This document shows, in pieces, positions 60,387 to 64,000 of a stretch of DNA of 64,000 nucleotides. The notes beneath the pieces were generated by a model. The model saw only the letters and a list, made by a program, of their open reading frames with translations, was not told the origin of the DNA and did not search any database. The stretch comes from Acidimicrobiia bacterium (GTDB taxonomy: Bacteria; Actinomycetota; Acidimicrobiia; IMCC26256; JACDBD01). The stretch's first letter is position 1. The number at the start of each line of letters is the position of its first letter. The DNA lies in assembly GCA_051002235.1 (NCBI GenBank), contig JBPCMN010000034.1, forward strand, positions 1,669 through 65,668. The letters run 5' to 3'. The position numbers and the translations under genes are program-made.

Positions 60387-61004
60387 ATGGGCCTGCGTCG
60401 GGCCCGACTCGTCGGGATCTTCATCGGTCTCGCCGGCCTGTGCGCCGCGCTCACGATCCTGTTCTGGTCGATGCGGGCGGTCATGGAGATCGGGGGGAGT
60501 TGCGCGTCGGGGAACGTCCCGTACGAGATCACCCGGCCGTGCCCGAAGGGGACCGGCTTTCTCATGACCGGCTCGATCTTCGGCGGCATCTTCATGTTCG
60601 GGCTCTACGCGGTCAGCGCCGTCGGCGGTCCGAGCCTGTGGCCGCTGGCATGGCCGGCGTTGTTCCTGTCGCTGGGATGGAACTTCTTCGAGTACGGCGT
60701 CGATCCGCCGTTCGGCAGTGGAGTCGCGCCCGGCTGGCTGATCTGCGGCGTGCTGTTCGCGCTCATGGGCGGGGCCCCGCTCCTGATCCTCATCAGGTCC
60801 GGCTGGTTCGCGAGGCTCTTCACCGGCCGCGAGATGGGGATATGGCGGAGCTGGCTGCCCAGGCTGCCCAAGCCGCCGCCCACCGACTCGACGCCCCCGG
60901 TCATGGTGGGCGGGTCCCGGGGCGCGCTCCTTCTCCTTCAGGGAGGCGCGATCGTCTTCGGTATGTGGGCGGGCTGGCGCATCTTCGACTGGGCCAACGG
61001 CTGA
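60387..61004 (+). CDS. Hypothetical membrane protein
   Basis: [28 protein letters not shown]; 5 TM; start could be GTG 60357. Confidence 0.65.
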   Translation: MGLRRARLVGIFIGLAGLCAALTILFWSMRAVMEIGGSCASGNVPYEITRPCPKGTGFLMTGSIFGGIFMFGLYAVSAVGGPSLWPLAWPALFLSLGWNFFEYGVDPPFGSGVAPGWLICGVLFALMGGAPLLILIRSGWFARLFTGREMGIWRSWLPRLPKPPPTDSTPPVMVGGSRGALLLLQGGAIVFGMWAGWRIFDWANG

Positions 61005-61006
61005 GC

Positions 61007-62626
61007 ATGGCCGCGATCGACCGAACGCCGGAGTGGAAGGCCCTGCGGGAGCACTTCGGTGCGGTGAAGGACACCCACCTGCGCGACCTGTTCGCGGGCG
61101 ACACCGACCGCGGTGAGACCCTGACCGTCGAGTTCGACGGCATCTATCTGGACTACTCGAAGAACCGCGTGACCGCCGAGACGATCGTGCTGCTCGTCGC
61201 GCTGGCCGAGCGGGCCGGGCTGGGCGAGCGCATCGACGCCATGTTCGCGGGCGAGAAGATCAACGTGACCGAGGACCGGGCGGTACTGCACGTCGCCCTG
61301 CGGGCACCCGAGGGCGAGCGCATCGAGGTCGACGGCGTCGACGTCGTCCCCGAGGTCCACGCGGTGCTGCGCAAGATGGCCGGGTTCGCCGACCGGGTCC
61401 GTTCGGGTGAGTGGACCGGGCACACGGGCAAGCGCATCCGCAACGTGGTCAACATCGGGATCGGCGGATCCGACCTCGGCCCGGCGATGGCGTTCGAAGC
61501 GCTCAAGGACTCCAGCGACCGGGCGATGACGTTCCAGTTCGTCTCCAACGTCGACGGCACCGACGTGTGGGAGGCGACGCGCGGGCTCGACGCGGCCGAG
61601 ACGATCTTCGTCGTGTGCTCGAAGACGTTCACGACGCTCGAGACCCTCACGAACGCGCGCACCGCCCGGGCGTGGCTGCTCGACCAGCTCGGGGACGAGC
61701 AGGCCGTGATGCGCCATTTCGTGGCGGTGTCGACGAACGCGGCCGAGGTCGAGAAGTTCGGGATCGACACCGACAACATGTTCGAGTTCTGGGACTGGGT
61801 CGGCGGTCGCTACTCGTACGACTCGGCGATCGGCCTCTCCCTCATGATCGCCATCGGCCCCGAGCGGTTCCGCGAGATGCTCGCCGGCTTCCACGCCGTC
61901 GACGAACACTTCCGCACCGCGCCGTTCGAGTCGAACCTCCCCGTCCTGCTCGGGCTGATCGGCGTCTGGTATGACAACTTCTTCGACGCCGAGACCCAGG
62001 CCATCCTCCCCTACAGCCAGTACCTGGCTCGCTTCACCGCCTACCTCCAGCAACTCGACATGGAGAGCAACGGCGAGTCGGTTACGCGTGAGGGAAAGCC
62101 GGTGCGCTGGCAGACCGGGCCGATCGTCTGGGGCCAGCCCGGCACCAACGGCCAGCACGCCTACTACCAGCTGATCCACCAGGGCACGAAGCTCATCCCG
62201 TGCGACTTCATCGGCTTCCTCGAGCCCAACCACGACGTCGGCGACCACCACGAACTGCTCATGGCCAACTTCTTCGCCCAGACCGAGGCGCTGGCGTTCG
62301 GCAAGACGAAGGAGGAGGTCGAGGCCGAGGGCGTGCCCGCGTTCCAGGTGCCGCACCGGACGTTCCCGGGCAACCACCCGACCACCACGATCCTGGCGCC
62401 GAAGCTCACGCCTTACGTGCTCGGCCAGCTCGTCGCGCTGTACGAGCACAAGGTGTTCACCCAGGGGACCATCTGGGACGTGAACTCGTTCGACCAGTGG
62501 GGCGTCGAGCTGGGCAAGGTGCTGGCCAACCGCATCGTCCCCCAACTCGCCGCCGGCACCGAGCCCGACCTCGACCACGACAGCTCGACGAACGCGCTCA
62601 TCCGCAGGTTCCGGGCGCGGAGGTGA
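61007..62626 (+). CDS. pgi: Glucose-6-phosphate isomerase
   Basis: [43 protein letters not shown]. Confidence 0.97.
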   Translation: MAAIDRTPEWKALREHFGAVKDTHLRDLFAGDTDRGETLTVEFDGIYLDYSKNRVTAETIVLLVALAERAGLGERIDAMFAGEKINVTEDRAVLHVALRAPEGERIEVDGVDVVPEVHAVLRKMAGFADRVRSGEWTGHTGKRIRNVVNIGIGGSDLGPAMAFEALKDSSDRAMTFQFVSNVDGTDVWEATRGLDAAETIFVVCSKTFTTLETLTNARTARAWLLDQLGDEQAVMRHFVAVSTNAAEVEKFGIDTDNMFEFWDWVGGRYSYDSAIGLSLMIAIGPERFREMLAGFHAVDEHFRTAPFESNLPVLLGLIGVWYDNFFDAETQAILPYSQYLARFTAYLQQLDMESNGESVTREGKPVRWQTGPIVWGQPGTNGQHAYYQLIHQGTKLIPCDFIGFLEPNHDVGDHHELLMANFFAQTEALAFGKTKEEVEAEGVPAFQVPHRTFPGNHPTTTILAPKLTPYVLGQLVALYEHKVFTQGTIWDVNSFDQWGVELGKVLANRIVPQLAAGTEPDLDHDSSTNALIRRFRARR

Positions 62627-62675
62627 CTCGCCGATCCGGTGCGTAGGCTGGCGCGGCGACAGGAAGGCTCACGCC

Positions 62676-63691
<1,016 letters not shown>

Positions 63692-63692
<1 letters not shown>

Positions 63693-64000
63693 TGGCCACG
63701 CCCGCACCGTCCGACGTCCTGGTGTTCTTCGGCGCCACCGGCGACCTCGCCTACAAAAAGATCTTCCCCGCTCTCTACAGCATGACGAAGCGGGGTGAGC
63801 TCAAGGTCCCGGTGATCGGGGTCGCCTCCTCGCCGTGGGGCATCGACGAACTCCGCAAGCGCGCCCACGACAGCATCGAAGAGCACGGCGGCGGGATCGA
63901 CGACCGGGCCGCGTTCACCGCGCTGACCGAGTCGATGCAGTACGTCGACGGCGACTACAAGGACGACAAGACCTACGCCGCCATCCGCGACGCGCTGGGC
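63692..64000 (+). CDS. zwf: Glucose-6-phosphate dehydrogenase, 3'-truncated by window edge
   Basis: TGATG overlap; DVLVFFGATGDLAYKKIFPALY. Confidence 0.92.

Overview
High-GC actinobacterial chromosomal segment; gene content and style suggest Acidimicrobiia (inference). Mostly housekeeping and accessory metabolism: a TetR regulator, stand-alone FrhB-family protein, nhaA, a membrane-lipid-modifying cluster (GDPD, two PAP2 proteins, membrane phosphoesterase, GT39), the SCO1664/DUF3090/MSMEG_4193 triad, gmd, purE, a LexA-boxed DUF222-HNH gene, ABC transporters, lgt, Fpg/Nei, ABC1 kinase, rpf, a P450, LLM/TetR/AurF-like oxygenases, furA-katG next to tRNA-Arg(ACG), two tRNA-Ser genes, serS, pheA and pgi-gnd-zwf. 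I found no CRISPR array, integrase or intact transposase, and no large unmistakably novel system. The best leads are small: (i) three phased ATAC-N6-GTAT palindromes over a promoter for an unannotated 53-aa ORF next to a TetR gene; (ii) an unknown leaderless gene under a PafBC/RecA-NDp-type promoter; (iii) a candidate structured leader before nhaA; (iv) a coupled MCxxC mini-protein / membrane peptide / metal-hydrolase operon; (v) ORFs that continue past in-frame TGA codons; (vi) a family of REP-like hairpins; (vii) several deletion scars and frameshifts. All family assignments come from motif recognition by eye, not database searches.
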